The translations under genes were made by a program, and so were the position numbers. The notes beneath the pieces were generated by a model. The model worked only from the letters and a program-made list of their open reading frames with translations, had not been told where the DNA came from and did no database searches. Source: Vitrella brassicaformis CCMP3155 (taxonomy: Eukaryota; Protista; Chromerida). Taken from it: a DNA stretch of 64,000 nucleotides. Numbering within the stretch: the stretch's first letter is position 1; the number at the start of each line of letters is the position of its first letter. Of this stretch, positions 59,573 to 64,000 are shown one piece after another. The stretch spans positions 36,818 to 100,817 of the forward strand of contig CDMY01000362.1 in NCBI GenBank assembly GCA_001179505.1, given 5' to 3'.

Positions 59573-61029
59573 ATGGCAGCTCCCGACAAACCCGAGCGCT
59601 GCCGCTGCTTCAAAGTCGAACTCATCGAGGTGTCGCCTCCCGGCAGAGAAGGCGAGCGTCTCCTGACGGCCCGCGCCGCCCGCAACAGGGCTCGCCAAAA
59701 GCTGCGGGCCGCCATGGGGATCGGCGACGAAGAGGACGAAGAGAACGAGGCGTGGAAGGAGAACAAGGAGTCGGGCGTTACCGTGCGGCGAAGAGGACAA
59801 GCCGTGTATGAGTATGACGAGCCTGATCCTTTCGGACCCTGGCACCACACGGTCCGTGTGGTGAAGTGCCGCAAGCCAGCATCGAAGATCAAGAAAGGTA
59901 GCTGCCCAGGTGCCTGCCCGGCACACGTCTGCTCACACAACTGTGTCCCGCCTTCTGCGCGTATCTCCTCACCTGTCAGGAGATGATGAGGAGGAGAAGG
60001 GGCTGTTCCCTGACGAGGACGCCGAAGATGAGGGACCTTCCGCTGATTGCCTGACTTATGGGTGTGTGTTGGGCAGATTACGAGCCGAGGGAGGACGACA
60101 GCGATGAGGACGGTAAGTGCCCGTTGACAAAGAACTGATGCACGCGCCACTGGCGTCTGAATGTGTGTGTCAGATGAGGATGAGGACGGGGACGGGGACG
60201 AGGACGAGGACGAGGACGTGGTACACACACCACACACACACAGTGCCCACGCAGAGTACAAGTGTGCCTCCCTCTCTCTCTCTGTGTGTGTGTGTGTGTC
60301 AGTTTGTTGGCGATGACGATGAGGATGACAAGGAAGCCCCCAAGGCTGCTGCCGCCAAACCCGAAGAGGCGGCCGACAAGGTCAGCCTGCCAGCCTGCCA
60401 ACTGCAATCCACCTGCAGCAGCAAAGGACACTCTTGCATCTCGCCTCGCCATCACTCGTGTGTGTCTCTCTCTGTGTGTGTGTGTGTGGATCAGAAGCCT
60501 GCAGCAGCGGCGGCGGCGGCGGTGGGCAAGAAGAAGGAAGGCGAGGACGACGACGATGGTACGGCATAACCCTGCACTCTGCGCTAGATCGCCCTTCGTG
60601 TGCCCGCGCGCGCGCGTGTTGTGTGTGTGGTGTGTTAAGATGAGTCGAGCGACACGCCCAAGAAGACGCAGCCCGAGAATTCCAAGGCCAAGGCCAAGAA
60701 CCCACATCCCAAGAAGCCACCCAAGGTCAGATCACACCACACTCCAACCGCACGCTCACCACTCGCTCAATCTCACACCCTATCTCTCCCTGTGTGTGTG
60801 TGTGTGATGAGCAGCAGCGTTCTGAGGATGATGAGGATGAGGGCGATCGCAAGGAGGACGTAGAGGGCAAGGAGAAGGGGAAAGTCCGTCGCCCACTGCG
60901 TGCTGCTGCCAAGGTACCATCCCTGCCTGATGCACACGACACAACACGCCCTCAAAGACAGCACACGCACGTAGGCCCTTCGCTGTGCAGGCGGCGGCAC
61001 AGAAGATCAGGACTTTGAGGGGTAGATAG
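59573..61029 (+). CDS. Hypothetical acidic/basic low-complexity protein, multi-exon; start uncertain
   Basis: ORF 59573..59986 followed by short Asp/Glu/Lys-rich exons bounded by GT-AG introns; ends AAAQKIRTLRGR*. Confidence 0.6.
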
Positions 61030-62200
61030 ACAGACGAACAGATTGGTGGAAGGATGGATCAGCCGCTATCGTATCAGATCGAAAAGGGTGCATTGTCGAA
61101 AGACGCGGCAGAGAGGAGGAGAGAGACGAGTGTAGCCGTAGCCACATTGATTATCGGACAGCCATCGAGTTAGCCGACCGGCCAGCCACCTGCCGGCAGA
61201 CTGTCTTATCGATCCGCCCATCCATCCATCCACATCCACACCATGCCACTACATGCCACACCCACGCACACACGGTAGCTCTCGGGCCGGGCGGCGGACG
61301 CCATGGCTCACGGTGCGTGGCTGGGAGAGGGAGAAGGGGTTGAGGGAGGGGAGGGTTGGGTGGCCTGTAGATACCTGCCTGCCTGCCTGCCTGCACCATA
61401 CATGCGCTTTATACGCTATCTATCTGTACAGGGACAGACCGGCCCATGTGATGCATGCGTGGTGATTGGATGGATGGACCCACTACATGATTTGTCGGCG
61501 AATGAAATGAATGGCTGAGTGAATGAATCCAACCAAACGAGAGGTCACTCAAAGTCTGCATGTACTATTAGCAGAGCCACCGCACACTACAGCCACGAAG
61601 GATGAACTGATGGATGGATGGATCGATGGATAGATCGATGGATGGAGGAGTGGGTGGACTGGTGGTCGCCATTCATGACTTGACTACGTGTGGTGTGGGG
61701 CAGAAACAGACCGAGATACAGACAGACCCTTGTGCATGCGAGATGGAAAGACAGACGCATCACGAGCTCATTACGTCGTCACACACGAATGAAGCATTCA
61801 TTGATGCGATGCATCCCATCCGGGGAGTCGACTCAGCACACGTCCGGTAGGGATGGACACACACAAACATACGGTAAGGACACACTGGCTGGGCTGGCGG
61901 CCTGGCTGTGTCGGTCGTTGGGTCATCGATCGACCACCAGCCGCCCGTCGGATGCGATTAAATAAATGCACTCACGCAACACATATACACACATACTGAC
62001 CCTATACACACATACACCAAGGAAAGATGGACAAAGAGCGAATCGATCTCAGCAGAGGGACTGTGTCGCCCTCACGTCCACACACAGACACACAACTGGT
62101 TGATGTGCCCTCTCCTCCCCTCCGCTGCCTTTCCCTCCGCCGCCCACGACACACACCGCCGCACGTCCACCACTGACCGCACCGCAGTGCTCTTCTCGCA

Positions 62201-62867
62201 TCACTCACTCAGCCACTGCCAGCCGACGCCTGAAAGGCAACCAGGAGTACCGCAGGAGACCACAACGGCGTTTACGTGTACCCATCTCCTTTCCGTCTTG
62301 CTCTTCTGTCTGTCTGTCTGTCTGACCTGCTGCAGTGTGTAGATTTCCATGTCCACACACGTAAAGCAGTGAGCAGCAGCCATGGTGGCCCATCCGTCGA
62401 TGGTGTCGTAGCTGCCTCTGTATGTCGCGCCGGCGGGCAGCTCGTCCCTCTTCAACCACTGGTAGCAGCGACGCAGATCGCCGGCCGGACGACAATCCGG
62501 CCACCCCCACCCCAGCCACAGGCGGCCGCCACCGATGACCACACTGCCACCACTGCAGCCGTCGTTGGTGGCCTTGACCACCCCCTGTGGGCCGGCGACC
62601 TTCAGATACTGCTGGTTGTGCGGCACTGCGATGTGTGTGATGCCGTCGGCCTCGCTAAAGGCGCCACACACCGAGTAGAGGGCCAAGGGGCACTTGGTCT
62701 TCTCCACACCAGTGGCGTCAGCCGGCTGCTTGAGCTGTCCGTTGATGTGGGCGGCGATGACGTGGTCGCCGGTGTCCTTGGTGACCAGCAGCAGATTGGT
62801 GGCGGTGCCCACCTTGGTCAGCATGGTGGGGTACATCCAGCCGTCACACGCACCCCTGACACACAGC

Positions 62868-62902
<35 letters not shown>

Positions 62903-64000
62903 CGACTCAGTGACATCACCACTGTTTCTCTCAGTGGGCTGGTCACCCACTTGTAGAGCAGCTTCGGCGTCGCATTGGCATTGCCCGTCATGTTCATGAG
63001 CTCCTGCAGCTTCGCATCGGACAAGATGGGCTCGGCCGGACGAGTCGTCGACACCTGCACACAGACAGACAACAACGGTCCATCACAGACACATCAACTC
63101 AGCCGCCCTTCGGTGAGGTCTGACTGACCTCATATACCTCCAGCCGCTGGGCAGTGAAAGAATGGCTGCCCGCCAGAGTGGCCCGTCCGTTGGTGTCGTA
63201 GCTGCCCAGGTATGTCTTCCCGGCGGGCAGCTCGTCCCTCTTTTCCCACTGTTTGCAGCTGCGCAGATCGGCCGCCGGACGACCATTCTGTCCATGCCCC
63301 AGCCACAGGCGGCCGCCACCGATGGCCACATTGCCACCACCGCCGTCGGTGGCCTTGGCCGCCCCCTGTGGGCCGGAGACCTCCACAAGCTGCCAGTCGT
63401 GGGGTAGTGTGGTTTTGACGATGCCCTCTTCGTCCTTGAACGCCCCACTGATGGAGTAGAAGGTGACGAGGCGGCCGGTGCGCACCGCTGCTGTGGGGTC
63501 GGCTGGCGCGATGAGGGGGCCGTCGATGAGGCACGCGAAGATGTGGCGGCGAACGTCACTCTTGCGCTCGGGCTCGATGACGAACAGCCGGCCGCCTTCT
63601 CCGCCCGCCACTCGGTCGAGCAGAGCCTCGTGCGACCAGCCATGCTGAGAACTCCTGACGCACCCACACAGATAAACAGATCCTGTCTGTCGTGTGTTCT
63701 CATTCTCTCTGCTGTGTGTGCTCACCTGAAGAGGCACTGTATGCGGCTGTGCGATTTGCCGATCATGGTCAGGTACACACACTCCATGAGGTCGTACATC
63801 TCAAAGGCACTCAGCAACTGCGGCCAGTCGTCGGTGCTGGGGAGGGGCGTGACGGCGTCGGGGGCCAGGCGACGGCGGCGAAGGAAATCCACGACCCTGT
63901 GAAAGAACCAGGCCACCCACAGATGTCCTCTGTCTGCCTGTGATGTGTCGCCTTACTTCTCGAAGGTGGCCGTCGGCACACTGGCATCGGTGACGGGTGC
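62201..64000 (-). CDS. 3' part of a second BTB-TLDc-TLDc paralog (5' part lies beyond the window)
   Basis: ORFs 63722..63916, 63099..63782 and 62201..62950 are colinear paralogs of 22804-24492. Confidence 0.85.

Noticed and set aside
22725-64000. Inverted repeats as the ends of a giant transposon
   Set aside because: The repeats are paralogous gene bodies with introns, no transposase was seen between them, and the second copy runs off the window.
1-64000. rRNA, tRNA, retroelement or transposase genes
   Set aside because: None recognised by eye. tRNAscan-SE, Infernal and a repeat-library search were not run, so small RNAs could be missed.

Overview
Intron-rich, GC-rich eukaryotic nuclear DNA. 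The short introns lined with (CA)n/(ACAG)n and (TG)n/(CTGT)n and the expanded ankyrin, BTB-TLDc and orphan families suggest the chromerid alveolate Vitrella brassicaformis or a close relative (inference, no database search run). About 15 spliced genes were reconstructed by hand: an ankyrin protein with an in-frame stop, an orphan secreted protein, an orphan family protein, an EF-hand protein, an atypical protein kinase, a BTB-TLDc gene (plus an inverted paralog at the window end and a decayed third copy), TTC27, a RING/B-box protein, a cytosolic carboxypeptidase (tubulin deglutamylase family), a ~16 kb polycystin-1-like GPS/REJ receptor with ~11 Cys-rich repeats, a CYP4-clan-like P450, a GST-HIT fusion with a bipartite-like presequence, and an acidic protein. 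Main items for a second look: (1) introns with a complementary AC-rich 5' half and UG-rich 3' half; (2) the giant receptor, which lies in a compositionally different block and carries about 8 apparent frameshifts, most of them single-base losses that look like assembly errors; (3) the P450 / GST-HIT head-to-head pair; (4) mosaic TLDc paralogs. No rRNA, tRNA, CRISPR array or transposase/RT gene was recognised. Exon boundaries are manual and approximate.
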